64,000 nt of DNA from an uncultured Spirochaetaceae bacterium. Its GTDB lineage: Bacteria > Myxococcota_A > UBA9160 > UBA4427. This document shows, piece by piece, positions 45,658-53,896 of this stretch (its first letter is position 1; the number at the start of each line of letters is the position of its first letter). The notes under the pieces are model-generated. The model did not search any database. It was not told the DNA's origin and saw only the letters and a list, made by a program, of their open reading frames with translations. Location: assembly GCA_964457385.1 (NCBI GenBank), contig CAYWGW010000002.1, positions 1,883 to 65,882 of the forward strand. The letters are read 5' to 3'. Position numbers and translations under genes: made by a program.

Positions 45658-48545
45658 GCGTTCGGAAGCGTGCCGCCTCGGATCGGAAAACGAAGAAGGG
45701 GAAGGCCCGGCCGTCCGCGGTAAAGGGACAGAGTGACGGCTCTGCGTCGTCGAAGGCGACTCGACCCGGAAAACACTCGTCGAGGCATGCGTCGTCGGTC
45801 GCTGCGGGGTCTGGCAGGAAAGTCGCGACCTCGTCCCCGGGTCGCACCCGACCCCGGAACAAATCGAACAGCCAGCGAAGGGTGTTCTTCTTTGGTGGCG
45901 GTCGGGCCGACGGCGATGCGAGTATGCGGGAGGTGCTCGGGGGGAAGGGAGCCAATCTGGCCGAGATGACCAGCCTCGGCATCCCGGTTCCGCCCGGCTT
46001 CACCGTCTCTACCGAGGTGTGCCTCGAGTTCAATCAGCGTGGGCAGAAGCTTCCGGTCGAGGTTCGAGCGGACATCCTGACAGCGCTCGCGAACGTCGAG
46101 CAGCTGATGGATCTCCGCTTCGGAGACCCGGATCGCCCGCTGCTGGTCTCCGTTCGCTCGGGCGCGCGGATCTCGATGCCCGGCATGATGGACACCGTGC
46201 TGAATCTCGGCCTGAACGACGAGACCGTGCGCGGCCTCGCGAAGATGGCGGACGAGCGCTTTGCCTTCGACAGCTATCGCCGTTTCATCCAGATGTACGG
46301 CGACGTTGTGCTCGGCGTTCCCCACGATCGTTTCGAGCATCGGCTCGATGCGGCCCGCGAGTCCGCGGGCGTCCGTCACGACATGGAACTCACGGCCTCG
46401 GACCTGCGGCGGCTGGTAGCCGACTATCTCGAGATCGTGCAGGAGCATACGCGAAAGCCATTTCCGCAGGATCCGAAGGATCAGCTCTGGGGCGCCATCG
46501 CCGCGGTCTTCGGATCATGGGAGAATCAGCGTGCGGTGGCCTATCGACGCTTGAACGACATTCCCGACGACTGGGGAACGGCCGTGAATGTCCAGTCCAT
46601 GGTCTTCGGGAACATGGGCGACGACTGCGCGACCGGAGTGGCCTTCACGCGCAACCCCTCCACCGGTGAACGCAGCTTCTACGGTGAGTATCTCAAGAAC
46701 GCTCAGGGCGAGGACGTGGTTGCCGGGATCCGTACCCCGCAGCCGCTCAACGAAGAGAGCCGGGCAGGGGATACGCCGGGGCTGGCGACGCTCGAGAGCG
46801 AGATGCCCGGTCCCTACAAAGAGCTGGTCCGGATCTACAAGCGTCTCGAGAAGCACTATCGGGACATGCAGGACATCGAGTTCACCATCCAGAAGGGCAC
46901 GCTCTGGATGCTGCAGACCCGCAACGGCAAGCGCACGACCGGGGCGGCGGTCCGCATCGCCGTGGACATGGCCCGCGAGCGGCTGATCTCGCGCGAGGAG
47001 GCGATCCTCCGGATCAATGCCCACTCCCTCGATCAGCTCCTGCATCCGACGATCGACCGGGATCAGGCTCCTCCGGTGGTGGCCCGGGGCCTGCCGGCGT
47101 CTCCGGGGGCGGCCGTGGGCGAGGTGGTCTTCACGGCGGAGAGTGCCGAGGCGAAGGCCAAGGGTGGCGCCAAGGTGATCCTCGTCCGCATGGAGACCTC
47201 GCCCGAGGACATCGTCGGAATGCATGCGGCCGAGGGCATCCTGACCGCCAAGGGCGGCATGACGTCTCATGCAGCCGTCGTCGCGCGCGGCATGGGGAAA
47301 TGCTGCGTCGCCGGTTGCGGAGCGCTCGTGGTCGACGCCGCTCGGGGCGAGATGCGGATCAGCGACAAAGTAGTTCGAGAGGGAGACGTCATCACGATCG
47401 ACGGATCGACGGGCGAGGTGATGCTCGGTCGTGCTCCGACCGTGGTGCCGGAGCTCGGTGGCGCGTTCTCCGAGCTGATGAAGTGGACCGATCGATTCCG
47501 CATCCTGAAGGTGCGGACCAACGCCGACACGCCTCAGGATGCCGAGGTCGCGCGCAACTTCGGGGCCGAGGGCATCGGTCTCTGTCGGACCGAGCACATG
47601 TTCTTCGAACCGAGTCGGATCCTGGCGGTGCGTGAGATGATCCTGGCTTCGGATTCGCGGACTCGCGAGCTGGCACTCGATAAGCTGCTGCCCATGCAGC
47701 GAGAGGATTTCGAGGGGATCTTCCGCGCGATGCACGGCCTGCCCGTCACGATCCGGTTGCTGGACCCGCCGCTGCACGAGTTCCTGCCCCAGTCGGACGA
47801 GGACATCCAGGCGGTGGCGGACGCGTTGGACACATCGATGGGCGACGTGCGCCACAAGCTCGAGGGCCTTCGTGAGTTCAACCCCATGTTGGGACACCGG
47901 GGTTGTCGGCTCGGCATTACCTTCCCCGAGATCTACGCGATGCAGGTCCGGGCGATTACCGAGGCGGCCTGTCGCGTGGCCGGGCAGGGAGTCAAGGTGA
48001 AGCCCGAGATCATGATTCCCCTGGTCTCCAACGCGAGGGAGCTGGCTCGGCTGCGCGCGCTCGCCGAGCGGGTGATCGCCGAGGTGCGGCGTGAGTATGA
48101 CGGGGTCCGAGTGAGGCCGACGATCGGCACGATGATCGAGGTGCCCCGCGCTGCCCTGACCGCAGGCGAGATCGCGCGTCACGCGGATTTCTTCTCCTTC
48201 GGGACGAACGATCTGACACAGATGGGCTATGCGCTTTCCCGCGACGATGCTGGCAGCTTCCTGCCGCAATATGTCGAGGAAGGCCTGATCGATGCTGATC
48301 CCTTCGTTTCGATCGACGAGGACGGCATCGGTCAGCTCGTACGCCTGGGCGCGGAGCGAGGCCGCGAGACGCGTCCAGATCTCAAGCTCGGCGTATGCGG
48401 AGAGCATGGTGGAGATCCGGCGAGCGTCCGATTCTTCGCGTCCGTCGGCCTCGACTACGTCTCCTGCTCGCCGTATCGGGTCCCGCTGGCCCGACTCGCC
48501 GCGGCCCAGGCGGCCATCGAGGCGGGGCTGCAGGGCGGCGCGTGA
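45654..48545 (+). CDS. ppdK: Pyruvate, phosphate dikinase, possibly with a ~76-aa basic N-terminal extension
   Basis: FFFGGGRADGDASMREVLGGKGANLAEM, GGMTSHAAVVARGMG (phospho-His) and LCRTEHMFF motifs. GTG 45654 (GGAGGAGGA upstream) overlaps the glyQS stop. The alternative start GTG 45882 would give a canonical length. Confidence 0.9.
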   Translation: MSVRKRAASDRKTKKGKARPSAVKGQSDGSASSKATRPGKHSSRHASSVAAGSGRKVATSSPGRTRPRNKSNSQRRVFFFGGGRADGDASMREVLGGKGANLAEMTSLGIPVPPGFTVSTEVCLEFNQRGQKLPVEVRADILTALANVEQLMDLRFGDPDRPLLVSVRSGARISMPGMMDTVLNLGLNDETVRGLAKMADERFAFDSYRRFIQMYGDVVLGVPHDRFEHRLDAARESAGVRHDMELTASDLRRLVADYLEIVQEHTRKPFPQDPKDQLWGAIAAVFGSWENQRAVAYRRLNDIPDDWGTAVNVQSMVFGNMGDDCATGVAFTRNPSTGERSFYGEYLKNAQGEDVVAGIRTPQPLNEESRAGDTPGLATLESEMPGPYKELVRIYKRLEKHYRDMQDIEFTIQKGTLWMLQTRNGKRTTGAAVRIAVDMARERLISREEAILRINAHSLDQLLHPTIDRDQAPPVVARGLPASPGAAVGEVVFTAESAEAKAKGGAKVILVRMETSPEDIVGMHAAEGILTAKGGMTSHAAVVARGMGKCCVAGCGALVVDAARGEMRISDKVVREGDVITIDGSTGEVMLGRAPTVVPELGGAFSELMKWTDRFRILKVRTNADTPQDAEVARNFGAEGIGLCRTEHMFFEPSRILAVREMILASDSRTRELALDKLLPMQREDFEGIFRAMHGLPVTIRLLDPPLHEFLPQSDEDIQAVADALDTSMGDVRHKLEGLREFNPMLGHRGCRLGITFPEIYAMQVRAITEAACRVAGQGVKVKPEIMIPLVSNARELARLRALAERVIAEVRREYDGVRVRPTIGTMIEVPRAALTAGEIARHADFFSFGTNDLTQMGYALSRDDAGSFLPQYVEEGLIDADPFVSIDEDGIGQLVRLGAERGRETRPDLKLGVCGEHGGDPASVRFFASVGLDYVSCSPYRVPLARLAAAQAAIEAGLQGGA

Positions 48546-49087
48546 ATCCCGTGAATCCGGCTGCCGGATGCCTCTGGATTCCTTCTGGAGCAGTTCGGCT
48601 GCTCGCGGCCGGCGTCCTTGCGGCCGGCGTCATGCTCGCCTGCGTTGGTGCGGTCGACTCGCAGTGGGGCGCCTCGATTCCCGAAGAGCGGATCGAGGAA
48701 GGGCTCGTGGACCTGCCGCCGAAGGCACGTGCAGAGCTGTTGCCTCTCTCGAAGATATTCTACGAGCGGATCACGAGTCGCCGATTCAACTCGCGTGCGA
48801 CCTTCGAGGATCCCAGTATCCGCCAGTTCTTCCCCAGTCTGGCGGCCTACTCGGATTACTACGCCGGCCTGGTCGATGCATTGGATCGGGCTCATATCCG
48901 CTACACGAGACCGGATCGGGTCTCGCTGCTCGATCTCGAGTCGATCGACGGCAGCTCACTGCGGCTCGAGCTTCGCTTCGTGGGGGAAAACGATCTTCCG
49001 CTGCGCTTCTGGCGCGCGACCCTCGAGCGCGCCGACGAATGGCAATGGCGTGATGGACGCTGGTGGGTCGTGCCCGGAAAGATCTGA
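48542..49087 (+). CDS. Hypothetical lipoprotein
   Basis: GTG 48542 overlaps the ppdK stop. Signal and lipobox are LLAAGVLAAGVMLAC. The mature part of about 150 aa has no domain I recognise. Confidence 0.5.
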   Translation: MNPVNPAAGCLWIPSGAVRLLAAGVLAAGVMLACVGAVDSQWGASIPEERIEEGLVDLPPKARAELLPLSKIFYERITSRRFNSRATFEDPSIRQFFPSLAAYSDYYAGLVDALDRAHIRYTRPDRVSLLDLESIDGSSLRLELRFVGENDLPLRFWRATLERADEWQWRDGRWWVVPGKI

Positions 49088-49291
49088 TCAGCTCATCGTG
49101 TTCTGGCCAGGCCGGTCGGAAAGGCGGCGTCCCCGGGTCTCCCGGTCCGGGCGGCGTGGGAAGTCCACCGGTCCGGGACGGAACTATTTTACCCATACGG
49201 TCTCGGAGGGCGTGGCTGGCCGTTGCCGGTCGATCGGGTCGTGGCTCGTGAATTCAGGCTCTTGGCCGGGCCTTTGCGCATCTTCGGAAGA

Positions 49292-49307
49292 TGGCACGCC
49301 GATTGCG
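49292..49307 (+). promoter_or_regulatory. Sigma-54 (-24/-12) promoter candidate TGGCACGCCGATTGCG upstream of the ECF sigma gene
   Basis: It matches TGGCACG-N4-TTGCW at every core position except the last W. It sits in a 427-nt non-coding gap about 210 nt upstream of the ECF sigma start. Confidence 0.55.
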
Positions 49308-49514
49308 TTTGCATGTGGTGTCCCGGTCGATCCGGGTCGACTTTTCGAGAAGCCCATAGCTCGGTGAGAGACGAGCGGGATCGGTTCGGAGCTGGCGAAG
49401 GCATCGAGTGGGAGTTCAGGGCCCCGCTCATCGATGATGCCGAGCCAATGGATTCCGGACACTGGCGCTGACGGCGTCTCCCGCACGACCTCCGCCGAAT
49501 AGAGGAAGAGAGCC

Positions 49515-50147
49515 GTGCAGGAAAGCCGAAGCCCGAGCCCGAACGCCACCCAGCGTGGGGCGAGCAAGCGAGTGACGTCGAAAGCGTGGGAGTCGGATCG
49601 GGAGCTCGTCGATCAGATCCTGGCCGGAAGTCGGCCCCATTTCGATCTGCTCTACGAAACCTACTTCCCACGCGTCTATCGATTCGCGTTGAAAAGGCTC
49701 GGAGATCCGGGTGAGGCGGAGGACGTCGCACAGGAGGTCTTCCTGACGCTGATGACCGCGCTGGCCTCCTTCAAGGGTGAGTCCTCGCTGCTGGTCTGGG
49801 TCTTCGGCGTGACCCGGAACAAGGTGAACCGGCGGTTCCGCCGACCGCGTCCGCGACTCGAGCCTCTCGAGGAGGGCGGGGCGCTGGAGATCCAGGCGGT
49901 CGACCCGCCGACGGATGAGACGCTCGACGCGAAGCGTGTTCTTCGCCGCTGCGAGGCCGTCATCGCCGAGGATCTGACGCCCCTGCAGCGGCGCATCTTC
50001 GACCTGAAGCATTGCCGACAGCAACCGATCCGAGCCATCGCCACGGCGCTCGGCAAGAGCGAGGACGCCGTCAAAGCGAATCTCTATCGGATGCGGCGAG
50101 CGATCTCCGCAGGCACCCCAGGGCTGGAAGCGATCCTTCGCGGTTGA
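49515..50147 (+). CDS. ECF-family RNA polymerase sigma-70 factor
   Basis: Region 2 is FDLLYETYFPRVYRFALKRLGDPGEAEDVAQEVFL...WVFGVTRNKVNRRFRR. Region 4 is LTPLQRRIFDLKHCRQQPIRAIATALGKSEDAVKANLYRMRRAI. GTG 49572 is an alternative start. Confidence 0.85.
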   Translation: MQESRSPSPNATQRGASKRVTSKAWESDRELVDQILAGSRPHFDLLYETYFPRVYRFALKRLGDPGEAEDVAQEVFLTLMTALASFKGESSLLVWVFGVTRNKVNRRFRRPRPRLEPLEEGGALEIQAVDPPTDETLDAKRVLRRCEAVIAEDLTPLQRRIFDLKHCRQQPIRAIATALGKSEDAVKANLYRMRRAISAGTPGLEAILRG

Positions 50148-50210
50148 TCCGCTCCCGGTGCGCCCGCCAGGGCGACCTGGGAGCCGCGAGGGATGAACTC
50201 GGTCGTTGCG

Positions 50211-50238
50211 GCGAGGACGAGAGAATTCTCGTCCTCGC
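50211..50238 (+). terminator. Perfect 11-bp stem-loop (GCGAGGACGAG-agaatt-CTCGTCCTCGC) downstream of the ECF sigma gene
   Basis: It lies 64 nt after the sigma stop and is extendable to about 14 bp. A second 6-bp hairpin (CTGACA...TGTCAG) follows at 50241-50262. There is no U tract. Confidence 0.45.
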
Positions 50239-50379
50239 TGCTGACACATGCTTGACTGTCAGACCACTCAGAGGAAAGCAGCGTCATTTTCTCCCCTGGG
50301 GTTTTTCGGGGAGGGGATAATGCGCGCAGCCTGTCGGCCCGGATCCGTGCGTCCGGGAGGCGTAGCGACGGGAGGTCCG

Positions 50380-50751
50380 ATGAGTGTGGCGCGGGGCAGG
50401 TGCTGGCGGGGGCTGTTCCAGTGGTGGAAGCCGTCGCAGCGGTCGGGACCCCGGGACGATACGACGACTGGGCCCGACGAAACGAGTTCTACCGACCGAT
50501 CTCCCGGTACCGCGTACGGCATGGGATCCTTCGAATCGGGCTATCCCGGGCCCGCTTCGGAGGCGCTCGTACCAGATGCGCGGATGTATTCGTGGGTGGG
50601 CGACTACGAGTCGACGGAGGCCGAGCTCGCGGAGTTTCTGGCCTGTGATCTGGAATCGACCGAGGCGGATCCCCGCTTCAGGGAAGAGCTGCGGGAGCAG
50701 CTCTGGACTCTGGTCGAGGAAGGCGAGCTCCTCCGACGCCGCGATCATTAG
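50380..50751 (+). CDS. Hypothetical small protein with an acidic helical C terminus
   Basis: ATG 50380 has GGGAGG 4 nt upstream, and third-position GC rises downstream of it. ATG 50320 is an alternative start. There is no TM segment and no zinc anti-sigma motif. Confidence 0.4.
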   Translation: MSVARGRCWRGLFQWWKPSQRSGPRDDTTTGPDETSSTDRSPGTAYGMGSFESGYPGPASEALVPDARMYSWVGDYESTEAELAEFLACDLESTEADPRFREELREQLWTLVEEGELLRRRDH

Positions 50752-50789
50752 AGACCCGATTGCTCGAAGGACGGAGCATGGCTTAGCCT

Positions 50790-51395
50790 ATGGGTATGGG
50801 CCGCCTGCGCAATCCCATCCGGCTCAAGAATCTGAGCGTTCGCTATCTCCCTCTCTATCTCGTCGGTCTATGGATCCTGATGTTCCATCCGATCGATCTC
50901 CGCCACCTCGTCTGGGCGCTCCCGACGGTCGCTCTCGGACTGGGGATCCGAAGCTGGGCGGCGGGGCACCTCGTCAAGAGCGATTCGCTGACCCGGACCG
51001 GTCCCTACGCCCATCTGCGACATCCGCTCTACGCGGGGACCCTACTCATCGCGACCGGTTTTGCCCTGCTTCTGGGCGGGGCTCTGATGTGGGTCGTCCT
51101 CCTCCTTGCATGGTCCTGGTTCGCCTTCGTCTACTTCCCGCGCAAGGAGCGGGTCGAGGCGGGACGTCTGCAGTCACTCCACGGCGCGCGCTATCTCCGC
51201 TACCGCGATGGCGTGCCGGCGCTCTGGCCGCGACGAACGGCGTGGACGGATGTGCTGGTCGAGGCAGACGAGTCGGCCCGGAGCGAGGGCTGGTCCCTCG
51301 ATCGGTACTCGGACAACAACGAGCTCGGGACGTTGCTCGCCGTGCTGGGGGGGCTGGTCCTCTTCGGTCTCCGATCCCTGTTGAGCGCGTCATGA
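50790..51395 (+). CDS. ICMT/PEMT-family membrane methyltransferase
   Basis: About 5 TM segments and the signature LTRTGPYAHLRHPLYAGTLLIATGFALLLG. Confidence 0.75.
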   Translation: MGMGRLRNPIRLKNLSVRYLPLYLVGLWILMFHPIDLRHLVWALPTVALGLGIRSWAAGHLVKSDSLTRTGPYAHLRHPLYAGTLLIATGFALLLGGALMWVVLLLAWSWFAFVYFPRKERVEAGRLQSLHGARYLRYRDGVPALWPRRTAWTDVLVEADESARSEGWSLDRYSDNNELGTLLAVLGGLVLFGLRSLLSAS

Positions 51396-52015
51396 GCGAG
51401 CCGCGGTTGGGATGCCGGGACTCGATCGGTCGGCCGGGACTCGAGCGAAGCGAGATTGCCGGACGAACGAGGCGGGTCCTGAATCGCGGACGTTGGGGCA
51501 ATGCGGACGTTCTGCTGGTCGACGCGCCGCAGGGGCTGGTCGTGGTCAAGGATTTCGCGCCTCGCGGCTGGCTGGTTCGTCGGATCCTCGGTCCCTGGCT
51601 GCTGACGCGGGAAGTCCTCGCCTATCGTCGTCTGGAAGGGATGCGGGCGGTGCCCCGACTCCTCGGCCGTCTCGATGCGGAAGCGTTGGTGTTCGCCTAT
51701 CGACCGGGCATCCTGCTCTCACGCTCGCTGCGGGGGCGATTGCCGGAAGGCTTCCTCGAGGAGCTTTCGGAGGCGATTGCGGAGATGCATCGTCGCGGGG
51801 TCGTCCACCTCGATCTCCGGCATCGAAGCAACGTACTCGCCGACGACGAGGGTCATCCCATCCTGCTCGATTTCGCCTCCTCCCTTCGCTTCGACCCGCG
51901 CAGCCGGTCGGGACGCTGGCTACTCCGAAGCCTGGGCCGGCTCGACCGTCGGGCGTGGGCAAAATGGCGCGCGCGTCTCGAGGCGCCGAAGGTCGCGGTC
52001 GGGGCCGGCTCCTAG
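51392..52015 (+). CDS. Small protein-kinase-like fold protein (Kdo/WaaP/RIO-like mini-kinase)
   Basis: LVVVKDF (VAIK-like Lys), REVLAYRRLEG (C-helix Glu), VVHLDLRHRSNVL (HxDxxxxN catalytic loop) and LLDFASS (DFG-like). ATGA overlap with the methyltransferase stop. Confidence 0.6.
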   Translation: MSEPRLGCRDSIGRPGLERSEIAGRTRRVLNRGRWGNADVLLVDAPQGLVVVKDFAPRGWLVRRILGPWLLTREVLAYRRLEGMRAVPRLLGRLDAEALVFAYRPGILLSRSLRGRLPEGFLEELSEAIAEMHRRGVVHLDLRHRSNVLADDEGHPILLDFASSLRFDPRSRSGRWLLRSLGRLDRRAWAKWRARLEAPKVAVGAGS

Positions 52016-52626
52016 ACGGGCCCGGCGCCGTCGGCGTCGGCGGGCGTCGGGTCCGGCAGGTTCGCAGGATCTCGCGGCGCGAGTCGCCCCACGTAGTGAC
52101 GGAAGCATTCCAGGGTGAGTCGGGCATCCTCGAGCGCCCGATGGGCGACACCTTCCTCTCCAAGCAGTCCTGCGGTCGTTGCGGCCTGGCGCAACGAGAT
52201 GGCGCGGGCGGGCTCTCCCGCGACCAGGGACCAGGAGTAGAAGAGCGTTGCGAGGTCGATCACGTGGTAGTCGAAGGGGTAGGGAATCTGGCAGCTCTGG
52301 AACGCGCGCTCCAAAAAGAGCACGTCCATCCGGACATTCTGACCTGCCGGGATCACCTTCCGGCCCTTCGGGAGCATCTCGACGATCTCGTTCAGCACCT
52401 GACGGACGCCGGGCGCCTTCGCCCAGAGCTCCGCGTCGTAGCCGAAGATCGCAGCGGCCTCCTTCGTGATCCGTTCGGGGCGGGCTCGCACCCGCCACTG
52501 GGCTTCGGAGACCTCCTGGAGCCGGGCGTCGGTCAGGATCAGCCCGACCTCCGTCAGATCGTGCAGCTCCACGTCGAGCCCCCCGAACTCACAGTCGAGG
52601 AAGGCGAGTACGAATTCGGCGCTCAT
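52012..52626 (-). CDS. DEDDh-type 3'-5' exonuclease (DnaQ/oligoribonuclease-like)
   Basis: ExoI is FLDCEFGGLD, ExoII is GQNVRMDVLFL and ExoIII is HRALEDARL. ATG 52626 is preferred, because the longer track ORF runs into the tRNA gene. The 3' end overlaps the convergent kinase-like gene by 4 nt. Confidence 0.75.
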   Translation of the reverse strand: MSAEFVLAFLDCEFGGLDVELHDLTEVGLILTDARLQEVSEAQWRVRARPERITKEAAAIFGYDAELWAKAPGVRQVLNEIVEMLPKGRKVIPAGQNVRMDVLFLERAFQSCQIPYPFDYHVIDLATLFYSWSLVAGEPARAISLRQAATTAGLLGEEGVAHRALEDARLTLECFRHYVGRLAPRDPANLPDPTPADADGAGPV

Positions 52627-52764
52627 CGGGTCGGGGATCTCCGTGGCTCTAGATGGGGGCTGCGTGAACCCGCCTGCTCGCGTATCGCGCCGAGCCTGGG
52701 CCCGTCTTCGCCTCCGTCGGCGGATCGGCTCGTCCGGAGATCGCCAGGAGCAGGGGAGAGGAGA

Positions 52765-52840
52765 TGGCGCTCCCAACGGGACTCGAACCCGTGTTTCAGC
52801 CTTGAGAGGGCCGCGTCCTAGGCCACTAGACGATGGGAGC
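52765..52840 (-). tRNA. tRNA-Glu (anticodon CUC)
   Basis: The reverse complement is GCTCCCATCGTCTAGTGGCCTAGGACGCGGCCCTCTCAAGGCTGAAACACGGGTTCGAGTCCCGTTGGGAGCGCCA. It folds by hand into a full cloverleaf with a 7-bp acceptor stem, a GG-containing D loop, anticodon loop CU-CUC-AA, T loop TTCGAGT and encoded CCA. Confidence 0.9.
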
Positions 52841-52957
52841 CAACTCGAGAGCGGCCGACTCTAGCCAGCTACGCCGCGATGGGCAACCGGATCCGTGCTC
52901 ACGGGGATGCATCCGAGCGGCGGCACCCGGACGCAGCATTCCGTGGCGTGGTGGAGG

Positions 52958-52980
52958 GGGGTGACCCGCCTCGTCACCCC
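52958..52980 (+). promoter_or_regulatory. Perfect inverted repeat GGGGTGAC-N7-GTCACCCC (candidate enhancer-binding-protein site)
   Basis: The 8-bp arms lie about 150-170 nt upstream of the pilA sigma-54 promoter, a typical UAS distance. Confidence 0.35.
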
Positions 52981-53129
52981 GGGACGATTCTCGTACCCCG
53001 ACGCGTGTCGGAATTCGGCTCGGGGGCCGCGGCCAGGTCGAACCCACGGACCGGAATCCGTCTCGGTGCCTCAAGGCTCCGCGCGATCTTGCCGATGAGT
53101 CGCCCATCGCAGAGGCATCGGGGTGGAGC

Positions 53130-53145
53130 TGGCATGGGTGTTGCT
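53130..53145 (+). promoter_or_regulatory. Sigma-54 (-24/-12) promoter candidate TGGCATGGGTGTTGCT upstream of pilA
   Basis: TGGCAT-N5-TTGCT has exact GG-N10-GC spacing and sits 77 nt upstream of the pilA ATG. pilA is sigma-54/PilR dependent in M. xanthus and P. aeruginosa. Confidence 0.6.
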
Positions 53146-53221
53146 CCTCACGGAATCGGGACGAGCAGGCCAGACTGACTTGCCGCCAGAGGCAGGAACG
53201 ACTCCAAGGGAGGTTGAGACG

Positions 53222-53788
53222 ATGGGCATTCGGAATCGACGGTCGCGAGGCTTCACGTTGGTCGAGCTGATGATCGTGGTCGCGATCATCGGGGTGCTCG
53301 CGTCGATCGCGATCCCCTCCTTCGTAAACTACCAGCTCACCTCCAAGCGCGCCGAGGCCTTCGCCAATCTGAGTTCGCTGGCGAAGGCGCAGAAGAGCTA
53401 CTTCGCCGAGTTCAACACGTTCATAGACGTGCTTTCCGAGCCGTTGGGTGGACTGGGCGTGCCTCCGACCACGGTGAAGCGGGACAAGACGCCGATCGAC
53501 GCGGCCTTCGCCCAGGTCGGTTGGACGCCGGACGGCGACGTCTTTTTCGACTATGACACCACGACCCCGGACACTGGAAGCGGATGCGTCTGTGACGGCT
53601 GCTTCACTGCCGCGGCCTATGGCGATCTCGACGGGGACAACAACCTCTCGGTTGTGCTCTACGCGCATCCCGATTCGGCTGGCAATACCTGCTTGACACC
53701 ACTGGGTGGAAATCAAGCGCCGCCGCTCAACAAGGCCGGCGACCCAATACTCGATCAGCCGGTCCGCGCCGGCGCGGACGACTTCTGA
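53222..53788 (+). CDS. pilA: Type IV pilin (PilA-like)
   Basis: Class III signal peptide MGIRNRRSRG/FTLVELMIVVAIIGVLASIAIP, with Glu at +5 and four Cys in the C-terminal half. GGGAGG lies upstream of ATG 53222. Confidence 0.9.
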   Translation: MGIRNRRSRGFTLVELMIVVAIIGVLASIAIPSFVNYQLTSKRAEAFANLSSLAKAQKSYFAEFNTFIDVLSEPLGGLGVPPTTVKRDKTPIDAAFAQVGWTPDGDVFFDYDTTTPDTGSGCVCDGCFTAAAYGDLDGDNNLSVVLYAHPDSAGNTCLTPLGGNQAPPLNKAGDPILDQPVRAGADDF

Positions 53789-53896
53789 TCGCCGGAGTCG
53801 ACGACTTGTTCGTCGCCTCAATCGCGACAAAGACGTCGAGACCGCTCGATCGAATGCCCGGCCGTCGAGGTCGACAACGTCTGGGAGGGTGCTGAA

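Noticed and set aside
47671-47686. TGGCAC-TCGAT-AAGC, a sigma-54-like match with correct GG-N10-GC spacing. A similar case is around 7915.
   Set aside because: It lies inside the ppdK coding sequence (the other is inside crp), with no downstream start. These matches are taken as the chance background, which should temper confidence in the intergenic hits.
49180-49203. ECF-type promoter-like GGAAC-N15-GTCT in a local AT-rich patch upstream of the ECF sigma gene.
   Set aside because: It remains possible. However, the -10 element is minimal, it lies about 310 nt from the start codon, and such short motifs are easy to find by chance. The sigma-54 match nearby is much stronger.
49184-49567. Small ORFs in the 427-nt gap: 82 aa on the plus strand with HADCVCMWC, and 127 aa on the minus strand.
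   Set aside because: Third-position GC is only about 63-67% by hand count, against ~79% in a genuine gene (ppdK) counted the same way. The Cys/His spacing does not match the HxxxCxxC zinc anti-sigma motif. The plus-strand ORF is interrupted by the sigma-54 promoter candidate.
52878-52940. GGCAACC ... GGACGCAGCAUUCC upstream of pilA, superficially like GEMM-I blocks.
   Set aside because: Both blocks deviate from the conserved cores, the spacing is wrong, and the intervening hairpin has no GNRA loop.
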